A stretch of DNA of 64,000 bases from an uncultured virus (IMG/VR IMGVR_UViG_3300009177_000003) (taxonomy: Duplodnaviria > Heunggongvirae > Uroviricota > Caudoviricetes). The stretch is taken from the IMG/VR virus record IMGVR_UViG_3300009177_000003, one strand, 5' to 3'. Under the pieces are notes generated by a model. It was not told the origin of the DNA, searched no databases, and saw nothing but the letters and a program-made list of their open reading frames with translations. The translations under genes and the position numbers were made by a program. Numbering within the stretch: position 1 is the stretch's first letter; every line of letters starts with the position of its first letter. This document shows positions 45,710-56,602 of this stretch, in pieces.

Positions 45710-48700
45710 ATGGCCGGCCTCGTCCCGATTGCCGGCTTTCCGATCGCCTCTGGCGGCGACACGATCAGATCCCTTGACGGTCGTGGCACCCTCACCGCCA
45801 ACGGCATCCACAATCCCCTCGGCCGAGCGACACTCGTCGGTCAGGCGACGCTGTATGCTGCGTGGGGACCGCCGCCGCCCGCGCAGCAGCCGGTGCTGGG
45901 CTTTGCTCCGCTCGGCGCCGGACCGCTCGCTGCTATCGGCCTTCAGTTTGCCGACCAGCTAATCCTCCGGGGCGCGGGCACCCTCACCGCCAACGGCGTC
46001 GTCACGAAGTTCGGTAGCGCCACCCTGGCAGGCGTCGGCACTGTCAGAGGCTCCGGCACACATACGCCGCTGCTTGCCGCGACGATCAGCGGCGCGGGCA
46101 CGATCGCCGCGACCGCCCGGCAGAGGATGTCAGTCTCCGGCGCGCTTGCCGGGCTTGGCACGATCACCGGTGCAGGGTCGCACACGCCGAGGCTTTCGGC
46201 TGCGCTGGCAGGAACCAGCGCGCTCACTGTCACGAGCCGCCTGCTGCTGCCCACGAGCGCCACGCTCAGCGGATCGCACAGCCTCATTGCGAGCGCGGTG
46301 CTGCGGCTGGTCGCTGCCTGGGAGGCCGATGGCGCCGGCACGTTCGATGCCGATGCCTCGCATACCGCATTCGGCGCGGGCATCTTCGCCGGCCTCGGCG
46401 CGATCAATGCGACCGCGCGGCAGCGATGGGTGACCAACGCCGGCACATTCAGCGGCGCCGGCACGGTCAGCGGCAGCATCGGGCGGCGGACCTATGCTTC
46501 GGCGCAGCTCAACGGCCTCGGCGCTGTGGCACCTGACGCCGATCAGCGCTGGACTATCAGCGGCCGATGCGACGGTCTCGGCACGCTCAGCGCGGGTGCC
46601 ACCTCCACCGGCCTGACGACGGCCGATCTCGACGGCCTGGGCGCCGTCATCGCGACGCCGATCGCGCGGCTGCTGGCGAGTCGCACACTTCCGGGCCTTG
46701 GCGCCGTCATCGGCAATGTCACACATAACCCGCTGGCTGCCGGTGCATTGGCGGGTGCGGGCACGTTCACCGGCTCGGCGAACCGGCTGGTCCTGTCGGC
46801 CTCGGCGACGCTGCGCGGCACGCACAGCCTGACCGCCAACGCAACGCACACGCCGCTGCTGGCCGCGACGCTGGCGGGCCTTGGCACCGTGGGGTTAAGC
46901 GGCGGCGGCACGAGCGGGAACAGCGCGATCGAGCTGGACGGGCTGGGCACGTTCAGCGCAGCGGCGCAGGCGCCCCGGCGCGCGGCGAGCGCGGAACTCG
47001 ATGGTCTCGGCACGCTGACGCCCGATCAGTCGGTGCGGATGCGGCTGGCGGCAAGCGCGCCCCTCTCCGGTATCGGCACGATTGCCGCCGACGGGGCACG
47101 AGCGACGCAAAGCGGCACGACCACGCTCGCCGCGCTCGGCACCGTCACGGGTGCCGGGCAGATCGCCTTCGTCGCCAGTGCCACGCTGTCGGGCAGCCAT
47201 ACGCTGACCGCGAACGCCCAGGTCATCGCCAGCGCCGCAGCCTCGCTGGCCGGGCTTGGCACGCAGAGCGCCGCGGTCTCGCTCGGCACTCTGACGATGG
47301 CCGCGCAGCTCGCCGGCCTCGGCACCTTCTCCGGACAAGCGCAGGGCTTCTCGATCTGGTTCTCGTCGGCGACGTTGAACGGCATCGGAGCGGTGCTGCC
47401 GTTCGTGCGCGCCTCGACCGCGACGTACTACGACCAATCCGGCAATCTGATCGAGGTCGCGGCCAACGTGCCGCGCTTCGGCTACGATCAGGTGACGCAC
47501 GCGCCTCAGGGGATGCTGCTCGAGGCGGCCGGGACGAACTACAGTCGCAATCCGCGCATGGTGGGGTTGGTGCCGGGCACGATCGGCACGCTGCCGACCG
47601 GCTACGCCGCATGGTCGATGCTCGGGCTGAACCGTGATCTGAGCAGTCAGGTCATTAACGGCGAGACGTTCGGTGTCGCCCGCATGTACGGAACCATCGG
47701 TTCCGGCGGCATGATTCTCTACATCGACAACAGCACCGGCGCCACGCTGATGCCGGTGGTGCAAGGCGACACGGTGACGATCTCGGTGGATCTGGCGATC
47801 ATTGCCGGCGTCCATCCGACCGCGACATTCACCATGGAAGCGGCGACGCTGACCTCGGGCTCCGTGGCGCTCACCACCTATGCCGGACCGAATATCTTCA
47901 GCCAGTTGAGTTCGACGCCACAGCGGTTCTCCTGGACCTTCACCGTCAACGACGCGACGGCCGCACTGTTGCGCGTGTTCATGGGTGCTGCGCGCGGCAG
48001 CGCCGGGGGATTCGCAGCAGACTTCACGCTGGCCTGGGGCGGGCCGCAATTCGAGAAGAACGTCGCCCGCGCCACCACGCTGATCCTGCCACCGGTCGGT
48101 CAGGTGGCAGTCTCGACCCGCGCGCAAGAGCTGGCGCCGGTGCTGCTCGATGTTGTCGCCAGCGAACTCGATGGCATCGGCACGTTCGCCGGCAACTCGC
48201 GCGCGATCACCCATACGATCTCGGCGACGCTCGCCGGTATAGGCACGATTACCCCCACCGGCACGCGATTCACCTTCGCCGGCACGACGCAGATCAATGG
48301 CGTGGGGACGATTGCCGGGACGCTCACCAGCGCCTCGCAGATCGGCGGCGAGCTTGACGGGCTGGGCACGACCGCGACGTTCTCGCGCGCCTCGAATGCG
48401 ACGTATTTCGACCAGGACGGCAATTTCGTCGAGGTCGGTTCGAACGTCCCGCGGTTCACCTATAACCCGATCACCCTCGCGCCGCTCGGGATGCTGCTGG
48501 AAGGCGCGACGACCAACTACATCCGCAACCCACGCGCCGAGGGCGCGACTGTCGGCACGCCGCTTGCCTATCCGCAGTTCTGGAACAACGTCGGCGGGCA
48601 GAACGGCCTGACCATCACGCCGGTCGGCGCTGGTACCATTAATGGGATCCCCTACGTTGACATCCGTTGGCAGGGCACCAGCACCGGCAACTTCAACGTG

Positions 48701-51700
48701 CTGTCGTTCGACGCTGGCAATATCGCCGTGCCCGGCGTGGCCCAGGTCGGCGAGGTTTGGACCCAGAGCTTCTACTGCGCGATCGTCGGCGGTTCGCTGT
48801 CGCAGATCAATTCATACAGCATCAACACGCGGATGAACGGTGGCGCAGCGCTACCGTCCCTCATTTTCGTCCCAACAGCGACGCTGACACGCTACTCCCT
48901 GACGGGCGCCGTCACCTCCGGCACCTCGTCGATCTCTCCATGTGGCACTTTTACCTTCTCATCCGCTGCCGCGACCGTTGACATCACTCTGCGGATCGCG
49001 ATGCCGCAATTCGAGCGCGGACCGCTTGCCACTTCTCCGACACTGCCTTTGATCAATGCGCGTGTGGCCTCGACCCGCGCGCAGGAATTCGCCCCGGTGC
49101 TGCTCGCCGCCGTCAGCACCGAACTCGACGGGCTGGGCACACTGGTCGGCACCGCACGACAGCGGCAACAGGCGGCAGCGGAACTCGACGGTCTCGGCAC
49201 CTGCGTCGCCACCGCTGACAATCGCAAGTTCGCCTCGGCAACGCTCGCGGGCCTGGGCACCATCACGCCATCGGGCGCGCACACGCCGACGATCGCGGCG
49301 GCACTCGCTGGCATTGGCGCTGTCCTGGGCGACGGCGGCGGGCGCTATCCGATCACAGCCGAGATGGACGGCGCTGGCACGGTCGCGATCGACGCCGTGC
49401 ACTACGCCCCGCTCGGTGCCTCGCTGACCGGGCTTGGCACGATCAGCGCCGACGGCACCGCCAACCCGCTCGGCACTTTCGAGGGCGACGGTCTCGGTGC
49501 GGTCGCGACGTTCGTCCGCGAATCCTCGGCAACGTACTACGACCAGACCGGCATGTTGGTCACGGTCGGCGCAGGCGTGCCGCGTATCGGCTTCGACCGC
49601 GATACCCATGCGCCGCTCAACCTGATCATCGAGAACGGCGCCACCAACGTCATCCGCAACCCGCGCGCGGAGGCCGCGGTCGTTGGCTCACCGGGCACCT
49701 TGCCGACTAACTGGACCATCGCGCTGATCGCCGGCACCGCACGGAACGTCGTCGGTTTCGGCTATCAGGAGAACGGCCAGCCCTACGTCGATATCCGCGT
49801 CAGCGGCACCACATCGGCCACCGGCACGCCGACCTGGAACTTCGAGACCAACAGCGTCTGTCTCGCCGCGGATGGGCAGTTCTGGTCGTTCTCGCTCGAC
49901 ATCCAGCTGATCGCCGGCGCGATGCCGACAGCGAGCACGTCGATCTATCTCCAGCCGTTCAACGGCGCGACCGGGCTGACCGCGCTGCACAACCTCAACG
50001 CCGGCGCCAGCATCCGGACCGACCGGCTGACCCGCATCACGGTCAGCTACCAGATCCCCAGCCTGTCAGGCGCCACCTTCATCCGTGGCGGATTGCAGCC
50101 GGGACGCTCCGCGCCATCGGGGCAGGCCGAGGACTACACGCTGCGCATTTCGTGCCCACAGCTCGAACAGCTTCCGAAGCCGTCCACGCTCATCCTGCCA
50201 CCCATCGGCCAGCGCGTGGCCTCGATCCGCGCGCCGGAAAGCTACAGCCCGAACCTGCTGGCCGGCGTCGCCGCCACGCTCACCGGCACGCATACGCTGA
50301 CCGCGAACGCGCTGCACCGGCCGAACGGAAACGCGGTGCTGGCGGGCGCCGGCACGCTGACCGCCGATGCGTCGCAGATCAACCGGGTGGCCGAGCGCAA
50401 CAACCTCGACGGCCTGGGCGGCGTGCTGCCGTTCTCGCGCGCGAGCACAGCCACATACTTCGATAGCGACGGGATGCTGGTCGACAGTGCCGCGATCAAC
50501 GAACCGCGCTTCGGCTACGACCCCGACACGCTGGCTGGTCCCTACCTGCTGATCGAGCGCGCCTCGACCAATGGGCTGCCGAACCCGCGCGGCGAGAATG
50601 CGATCGTGGGCACCACCGGCACGATGCCGACGTATTGGACAACCACGCAGTCGGCGAGCGTGTCGATCCAACGGCAAATCGTCGAGACCGGAAGCCAGAA
50701 CGGCTTTTCGTACGTCGATATCCGCTTCTTCGGCACCGCCGCCGCGACCAACACCAACATGAATATCTATCCGGTCGCGGCGACCAACGCGCCCGCGGCG
50801 GCGGCCGGACAGCAGTGGGCGACCTCGGCTTTTATCGCTCTGGTCGGCGGTAACCTCGATGGCATAACGCTCGTCCGGCTCTACATCCAAGGCCTGTCAT
50901 CGGCCAACGCGGTCCTCGACAACTTCTCGGCCACGGTCGGGTTCCCCGAGCAGGGAGCACTGCGCAACAATCGGATCCAGATGTCGCGGACGCTGCTCAA
51001 TGCGAGCACCGCCAAGATCTTCACCCTCTGGCAGATAACGGCGGGCGCGAACCAGACGATCGACTTCACGGTGCGGGTCGCGGGATGGCAGCTCGAGCCG
51101 GGTGACAGCGCGACCTCGCTGATACTGCCGCCAGCCGGCACGCTCGCTATCTCGAACCGCGCGGCTGACTTCGCGCCGACCCTGTTGCTCGCCGCTGCGG
51201 GCGAAGCGGACGGGCTTGGCACATTGATCGGCACCGCGCGGCAGCGGCAGTTGCTCGCCGCACAGCTCGCCGGCACGGGGACGCTCAACGCGACCTTGCG
51301 TCGTCTGGTGTTCGCCAGCGCGCGCCTCGATGGCGCCGGCACGCTCGCCGCTTCGCCGATCGCGCGTCTGCTGTGCTTCGTGCCGATGGCGGGAAGCAGC
51401 AGCTTCACGGCCGACGCGGCGCCGATCGTCCATCCGACCGCCGCCGAACTCGACGGCGACGGCGAACTCAGCGGCGATGTTTCGGTGTTCCGACCGACCG
51501 ACGCCGAGCTGGATGGCGACGGCGAGATCGACGCGGCGCTGGTCGCCAATCAGCGCGTCACAGCAGCACTCGCGGGCCTTGGCACGATCGCCGCCGATGC
51601 CGTCGGCAATCCCATCGGCAGCGCAACGCTGGCAGGTCTCGGCACTGTCGCCGCGGCCGCGGTGCAGCTCTGGACGATACAGGCGACGCTATCCGGCGCG

Positions 51701-54700
51701 GGCACGCTCGCGGCCGATTCACGGATCCTCCGACGTACCTCCGCGACTCTCGCCGGCTCTGGTGCGGTGACCTCAAGCGGCGTGGTGGTCGCGCGCGCCA
51801 GCGCCACTCTCGCCGGCCTGGGCTCGACCTCGCTCGCCGGCGGATTGCCGCAGAAGCCCGCCACGGCGTTGCTCGCTGGCACAGGGACGCTCTCCGCTGC
51901 GCCGTTCGTCATGCCGTTCGGTTCGGCGCAGATGGACGGGGCGGGCACCGCTGCTGGTGCCGTCGTGCTGCGCGATGTGGTGTCCGGAACGCTGGCAGGG
52001 ACAGGCACGCTCGCGGCCAACGGCGGTCGCGCGGTTGCGGCGTCGGCGGTGCTGGCGGGTGTCGGAACCTGCGCGGGTGATGCGACCGGGTTCAAGCCGG
52101 GCATCGCCACGCTGGCCGGCGTCGGCACGGTTGTCGGCGGATTGATCCTGCGCGGGCAGGTCAGCGCAACACTGGCGGGTCTCGGCGCGGTGCAGGGACA
52201 GGCGGCCGGCGTCTCGCGGTGGTTTGTCGCCGCACAGCTCGACGGCCTCGGCTCGCTCCTGGCTGTGCCGAGCCAGCGTGCGCTGGCGAGCACACAGCTC
52301 GACGGCGCGGGCACGGTGCTCGATGTCACTGCCGCGCTTCGCTTGCCGACCGCAGCGCAGCTTGACGGTGCTGGTGCGCTATCGGCGACGTTCGCCGCGA
52401 AGCTGCTCGCCTCCACGACGCTCGCCGGCCTTGGCGTCCTCGTCGCCGGCCCGGTCAAGACGACCTTCGCCACCGCTGCCCTGGCAGGCACCGGGGCGTT
52501 GTTCGCCTCCGGCGATCGGCAGGCCGGCTCGGTCGGGATCGCCCTCAATGGTCTGGGTGCCCTGGCCGCATCGGCGGCGCTGAGCGCCCTCGCAAGCGCC
52601 AGGATGGACGGCAGCGGAACGCTGCTCGCGGACGCTGCTGTGCTGCGCCGTGCGTCTGCATCGCTGGCGGGTATCGGCACACTCGCGGCGGCTGGCGGGC
52701 CACAGCGCCCGGCTACCGCAGCACTGGCCGGTCTCGGCACGCTCGCTGCTTCGGGGATCCATTACGCTCCGGGCGCCGCGACCTTGGCCGGCGCCGGGAC
52801 GCTCACCGCCCCTGCCCCGCTGTTGCGCGCCGCCGCCAGCGTGGTGCTCGCGGGCCAGGGCGGTTTCGTCGGCAACGGTATCCACACGGCGTTCGGTGCG
52901 GCAACGCTGGCCGGGGCCGGAGCCGTCGTCGCATTCACCCAGGGCACCCAGGCGGCCGAGGCGCTCCTGACGGGCCTCGGCGCCGTCATCGCCAACGCCA
53001 GCCACACCCCGAGCGCGTCGGCCGCTATGGCCGGAACCTCGTCGTTCACCGCGAACGCCGTGACCGTCCAGCCGATCGCCGCGACGCTCGCAGGCCTCGG
53101 CAGTCTTGCCGCGCAACCGACGCCGCAACGCACCGTCTCGGCGACGCTCGCAGGTCTTGGAACGATCACCGCCACGGCGCGCGTGCGGGCGAGTGCGAGA
53201 GCGACGCTGAACGGTGCTGGCACGTTCACCAGCAGCGCGCTGCATACGCCGGAAATGACGGCCGAGCTTGACGGGACCGGCTCGCTCACCGTCGCGGCGC
53301 AGCCGCTGCTCAGTCCGGCCGAAGCCGAGCTGGACGCGGACAGCACCTTCATCGCCGACACCGTTCAGCGGCAGACCGCCTCGGCCATACTCGCTGGCGA
53401 GGGCACGATCGCTGCGGCAACCGTCGGCGTCTCACGGTGGCTCGTCTCGGCGAAGTTGGACGGGCTTGGCACGATGGCGGCGAGCGTCATCGAGCGCGCC
53501 GTGGTCGCGGTCACGCTGACGGGTCGCGGCACCATTGCCGGCGACGGCACGCATACGCCGATCCTCCAGGCGACGTTGAACGGCACCGGCGCGGTCGTCG
53601 CAGGCGCCGTGCTCGGGCTGCCGACCAGTGCCGCGCTCGCGGGAGCGGGTTCGCTCACCGCCGATGCCAGCCACACACCGACCCTCGCGGCGCTCCTGCC
53701 CGGCACATCGTCGCTGACCGCAGCGGCCATCACGGCGCAGGCGGCTCAGGCGACGCTCGCGGGTGTCGGCACATTCGCAGCAGTACCGACGCCGCAGCGT
53801 GTTGTCTCTGCTGTGCTGAATGGCGCGGGCACGACAGTCGCCCCGACGACACGGCTGTTGCTGTACGCGAGCACCGTGCTCAGCGGATCGGGCGCGGTCC
53901 TCGGGGATGCACTCCATGCGTCCTTCCTCGACGCAACGCTCGCCGGCTCTGGCGCCATCGTCGCCACATCGCAGCCGATCATGCGCCCGACATCGGCCGT
54001 CCTCGCCGGGTCCGGCGCGATCAACGCCGCGCCGGTTCAGCGCCAGATCGCCGCCGCGACAATGGCGGGCGCAGGCGCCTTCATCGGACAGGCGCAGGGT
54101 TTCTCGATCTGGACCGGCTCGGTGCGGATGGACGGGCGGGGCGCGCTGACGGCCGCCGCCGTCGCCCGTCCGGTCGCTTCTGCCGAGCTCGACGGTCTCG
54201 GAGCATTCGTCGCCGACGCCGCGCATACCCCGACGGCACAGGCGATGCTTGCCGGTGACGGGACGTTCTTGGCCGCGCTGCGGACCATCCAGCCCATTGC
54301 CGCAAAGCTGACCGGGACCGGCGCTTTCGTCGCTGCGGCCAGTCACACGCCGCTGTTGCAGGCCACGTTGGCGGGCGCCGGTTCATGCACCGCATCGGCG
54401 AACGTCGTGCGCGCCGCCGCCGCTTCGCTCGCGGGGGTCGGCTCCCTGGCGGCGATTCCGATACCCCGTCGCACCGTCTCGGCGACCCTCGCCGGCGATG
54501 GCGAACTCGACGCGGACACACAGCAGATCTGGGCCTCGGCCGCAGCGCTCGCGGGCGCCGGCGCGATCACCGGGAACGTGCTGCACACACCGCGCTTGGC
54601 CGCCACGCTCGCAGGCACAGGCAAGCTGACCGTCACCTCGCGGGCGATCACACGACCGGCCTCCGCGCGGCTCAATGGCGCGGGCACGATTACCGCCTCG

Positions 54701-55708
54701 CTCAGACAGCGTCTGCGCGCCTCCGCGATATTGGCCGGGCTTGGCACACTCACGGCGCGGGCCAGCGGCGTATCGAGCTGGACCGTATCGGCAACACTGG
54801 CCGGACGCGGCGCGATCGCCGCAGCTGCCTCGGTCCGTGCCGTGGCGTCCGGCGCGATGGCGGGCACCGGCACACTCTCCGGCAACGTCAGCCACACCCC
54901 GCTGTTGCGCGCGGCACTCATCGGAGCGGGCACGCTCACGGGCAATCCGTCGCGGCAGACCGCAGCGGCAACATTGATCCACGGGGTCGGCGCGCTCGCC
55001 GCCAACCCGCTTGCGCTGCATCCCGGCGCTGCCGTCCTCGATGGACGTGGCGCGATCGTCGCTGTCGGAGGCCGCACGTCGCCGGCAATCGCCACGCTGG
55101 CCGGGCAAGGCGTCCTGTCGGTCCCGGGTTTCGTGCGGCAGGTGGTGCGCGCCCAGATCGACGGACGCGGCGCGGTGCTTGCCACCCCCTTCCGGCAGGT
55201 GCCGATGCTCACCTCGCTCGCCGGGCGAGGCACGCTCGCGACGATTGCCGGTCTCCAGATCCCTGTCGCTGCCACGCTCGCCGGTCGCGGCACGCTGGCG
55301 GCGGTCGTCTCTGGCCTGATCTTGGCGGCAGCGGCGCGGCTCAACGGAATCGGAGCGCTGGCACCGCCGACATTGCGCGCGGTGCTGCTGTCCTCGACGC
55401 AGCTCGACGGGCTCGGGCGTGTGCTGGGCGCGCCGTTCCATGCGGTTCCGGTCTCGGCCGAACTCGACGGAATCGGTCGCCTGCGCGGCAAGCTGCGCGA
55501 CGAGTTCGCGCAGGCCGACCTCGGCGCCGTGCTGCGGCCGATGGATCACGGGGTCGCGCTGCCGCCGTTCCTGCGCGGGCGTCGTCTCGGTGTGGCCGAG
55601 CATGGCGTCACCCTGCCGCCGTTCGAGCGGGGCGTGCGGCTCGCAGCCGATGAGGGCGGTGCCGGTCTTCCGCCACGGAAGGTCATCTGGGTGGAGCGCG
55701 TATCATGA
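45710..55708 (+). CDS. Giant repetitive fibre protein (3332 aa)
   Basis: Many A-x-L-x-G-x-G-T-L repeats plus four RASTATY-type modules. Confidence 0.85.
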   Translation: MAGLVPIAGFPIASGGDTIRSLDGRGTLTANGIHNPLGRATLVGQATLYAAWGPPPPAQQPVLGFAPLGAGPLAAIGLQFADQLILRGAGTLTANGVVTKFGSATLAGVGTVRGSGTHTPLLAATISGAGTIAATARQRMSVSGALAGLGTITGAGSHTPRLSAALAGTSALTVTSRLLLPTSATLSGSHSLIASAVLRLVAAWEADGAGTFDADASHTAFGAGIFAGLGAINATARQRWVTNAGTFSGAGTVSGSIGRRTYASAQLNGLGAVAPDADQRWTISGRCDGLGTLSAGATSTGLTTADLDGLGAVIATPIARLLASRTLPGLGAVIGNVTHNPLAAGALAGAGTFTGSANRLVLSASATLRGTHSLTANATHTPLLAATLAGLGTVGLSGGGTSGNSAIELDGLGTFSAAAQAPRRAASAELDGLGTLTPDQSVRMRLAASAPLSGIGTIAADGARATQSGTTTLAALGTVTGAGQIAFVASATLSGSHTLTANAQVIASAAASLAGLGTQSAAVSLGTLTMAAQLAGLGTFSGQAQGFSIWFSSATLNGIGAVLPFVRASTATYYDQSGNLIEVAANVPRFGYDQVTHAPQGMLLEAAGTNYSRNPRMVGLVPGTIGTLPTGYAAWSMLGLNRDLSSQVINGETFGVARMYGTIGSGGMILYIDNSTGATLMPVVQGDTVTISVDLAIIAGVHPTATFTMEAATLTSGSVALTTYAGPNIFSQLSSTPQRFSWTFTVNDATAALLRVFMGAARGSAGGFAADFTLAWGGPQFEKNVARATTLILPPVGQVAVSTRAQELAPVLLDVVASELDGIGTFAGNSRAITHTISATLAGIGTITPTGTRFTFAGTTQINGVGTIAGTLTSASQIGGELDGLGTTATFSRASNATYFDQDGNFVEVGSNVPRFTYNPITLAPLGMLLEGATTNYIRNPRAEGATVGTPLAYPQFWNNVGGQNGLTITPVGAGTINGIPYVDIRWQGTSTGNFNVLSFDAGNIAVPGVAQVGEVWTQSFYCAIVGGSLSQINSYSINTRMNGGAALPSLIFVPTATLTRYSLTGAVTSGTSSISPCGTFTFSSAAATVDITLRIAMPQFERGPLATSPTLPLINARVASTRAQEFAPVLLAAVSTELDGLGTLVGTARQRQQAAAELDGLGTCVATADNRKFASATLAGLGTITPSGAHTPTIAAALAGIGAVLGDGGGRYPITAEMDGAGTVAIDAVHYAPLGASLTGLGTISADGTANPLGTFEGDGLGAVATFVRESSATYYDQTGMLVTVGAGVPRIGFDRDTHAPLNLIIENGATNVIRNPRAEAAVVGSPGTLPTNWTIALIAGTARNVVGFGYQENGQPYVDIRVSGTTSATGTPTWNFETNSVCLAADGQFWSFSLDIQLIAGAMPTASTSIYLQPFNGATGLTALHNLNAGASIRTDRLTRITVSYQIPSLSGATFIRGGLQPGRSAPSGQAEDYTLRISCPQLEQLPKPSTLILPPIGQRVASIRAPESYSPNLLAGVAATLTGTHTLTANALHRPNGNAVLAGAGTLTADASQINRVAERNNLDGLGGVLPFSRASTATYFDSDGMLVDSAAINEPRFGYDPDTLAGPYLLIERASTNGLPNPRGENAIVGTTGTMPTYWTTTQSASVSIQRQIVETGSQNGFSYVDIRFFGTAAATNTNMNIYPVAATNAPAAAAGQQWATSAFIALVGGNLDGITLVRLYIQGLSSANAVLDNFSATVGFPEQGALRNNRIQMSRTLLNASTAKIFTLWQITAGANQTIDFTVRVAGWQLEPGDSATSLILPPAGTLAISNRAADFAPTLLLAAAGEADGLGTLIGTARQRQLLAAQLAGTGTLNATLRRLVFASARLDGAGTLAASPIARLLCFVPMAGSSSFTADAAPIVHPTAAELDGDGELSGDVSVFRPTDAELDGDGEIDAALVANQRVTAALAGLGTIAADAVGNPIGSATLAGLGTVAAAAVQLWTIQATLSGAGTLAADSRILRRTSATLAGSGAVTSSGVVVARASATLAGLGSTSLAGGLPQKPATALLAGTGTLSAAPFVMPFGSAQMDGAGTAAGAVVLRDVVSGTLAGTGTLAANGGRAVAASAVLAGVGTCAGDATGFKPGIATLAGVGTVVGGLILRGQVSATLAGLGAVQGQAAGVSRWFVAAQLDGLGSLLAVPSQRALASTQLDGAGTVLDVTAALRLPTAAQLDGAGALSATFAAKLLASTTLAGLGVLVAGPVKTTFATAALAGTGALFASGDRQAGSVGIALNGLGALAASAALSALASARMDGSGTLLADAAVLRRASASLAGIGTLAAAGGPQRPATAALAGLGTLAASGIHYAPGAATLAGAGTLTAPAPLLRAAASVVLAGQGGFVGNGIHTAFGAATLAGAGAVVAFTQGTQAAEALLTGLGAVIANASHTPSASAAMAGTSSFTANAVTVQPIAATLAGLGSLAAQPTPQRTVSATLAGLGTITATARVRASARATLNGAGTFTSSALHTPEMTAELDGTGSLTVAAQPLLSPAEAELDADSTFIADTVQRQTASAILAGEGTIAAATVGVSRWLVSAKLDGLGTMAASVIERAVVAVTLTGRGTIAGDGTHTPILQATLNGTGAVVAGAVLGLPTSAALAGAGSLTADASHTPTLAALLPGTSSLTAAAITAQAAQATLAGVGTFAAVPTPQRVVSAVLNGAGTTVAPTTRLLLYASTVLSGSGAVLGDALHASFLDATLAGSGAIVATSQPIMRPTSAVLAGSGAINAAPVQRQIAAATMAGAGAFIGQAQGFSIWTGSVRMDGRGALTAAAVARPVASAELDGLGAFVADAAHTPTAQAMLAGDGTFLAALRTIQPIAAKLTGTGAFVAAASHTPLLQATLAGAGSCTASANVVRAAAASLAGVGSLAAIPIPRRTVSATLAGDGELDADTQQIWASAAALAGAGAITGNVLHTPRLAATLAGTGKLTVTSRAITRPASARLNGAGTITASLRQRLRASAILAGLGTLTARASGVSSWTVSATLAGRGAIAAAASVRAVASGAMAGTGTLSGNVSHTPLLRAALIGAGTLTGNPSRQTAAATLIHGVGALAANPLALHPGAAVLDGRGAIVAVGGRTSPAIATLAGQGVLSVPGFVRQVVRAQIDGRGAVLATPFRQVPMLTSLAGRGTLATIAGLQIPVAATLAGRGTLAAVVSGLILAAAARLNGIGALAPPTLRAVLLSSTQLDGLGRVLGAPFHAVPVSAELDGIGRLRGKLRDEFAQADLGAVLRPMDHGVALPPFLRGRRLGVAEHGVTLPPFERGVRLAADEGGAGLPPRKVIWVERVS

Positions 55709-56079
55709 CGATTGCCAATCCCTACTCGTGGCCTCCGGTGCCTATGCCGGCGATGCGTGCCGGCGAAACCGATGGCCGGTACATCGACACGACACTCGAT
55801 CTCGGCGCCGCCGGCGATGCGATTCCAAGTGCGGGCGCGGTCGAAATCACAATCAGCCGGGTGGACGGCACGCCGACGGACGCGACCGATCTCACTCAGG
55901 CGGGCGACGCTTGGCAGAACACGCTCGATGCCACGGGCCTGATCTTCACCGTGGGTCTGATCGCGCCGGCCACTGCTGCCGGGCGCGGCTATTACCTGAC
56001 CATGCGGGTCAACAAGACCGTCGCCGGTCGCGTGTTCATCCGCGACGTCTCGCTCGCGGTCGCACCATTGCTCGGCTGA
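55705..56079 (+). CDS. Fibre adaptor-like protein
   Basis: 124 aa, beta-rich, ATGA-coupled to the giant gene. Confidence 0.6.
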   Translation: MTIANPYSWPPVPMPAMRAGETDGRYIDTTLDLGAAGDAIPSAGAVEITISRVDGTPTDATDLTQAGDAWQNTLDATGLIFTVGLIAPATAAGRGYYLTMRVNKTVAGRVFIRDVSLAVAPLLG

Positions 56080-56092
56080 CGGAGGTCGCTGC

Positions 56093-56602
56093 ATGTCGCC
56101 CGACACGTTCCTGAATCTCATCGACAACGGGCTCGAGTTCTTGGCCTCGCTCAACGGTCCGCAGCCGACCGATGCAGCGCGGCGACTGCTGCTTGCCATC
56201 GCGATGCAGGAAAGCGGACCGAAGCTCGACGCGCGGTATCAGAACAGCCCCTCGCCGATGCCGGGCCCGGCGAAATCTTTCTGGCAATTCGAGCAAGGTG
56301 GCGGCGTGACGGGCGTACTCAATCACAGCGCTTCGCGGGCGCTGGCGCGTGAGGCGTGCGCGACACTGGCCGTTGTGGCGGATCCGGCTGCGGTGTGGCG
56401 CGCGATGGAAGGCAACGACGAGCTTGCCTGCACCTTCGCGCGGTTGCTGGTCTGGACCGATCCGCAGCCGCTGCCGACGACCGAGGCCGCCGCATGGGAA
56501 TGCTATCTGCGCCTGTGGCGGCCAGGGAAGCCGCATCCCGAGACGTGGCCTGCGAACTGGCAGGCGGCGACGACGGCCGTGCTGAACACGCCCCTGGCAT
56601 GA
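56093..56602 (+). CDS. Putative endolysin (lysozyme-like fold)
   Basis: AIAMQESG, FWQFE, WRPGKPH; heads the lysis cluster. Confidence 0.7.
   Translation: MSPDTFLNLIDNGLEFLASLNGPQPTDAARRLLLAIAMQESGPKLDARYQNSPSPMPGPAKSFWQFEQGGGVTGVLNHSASRALAREACATLAVVADPAAVWRAMEGNDELACTFARLLVWTDPQPLPTTEAAAWECYLRLWRPGKPHPETWPANWQAATTAVLNTPLA

Noticed and set aside
45710..55708. Diversity-generating retroelement or DNA tandem array in the giant fibre
   Set aside because: The repeats are at protein level and diverged in DNA; no reverse transcriptase or template/variable repeat pair was seen.
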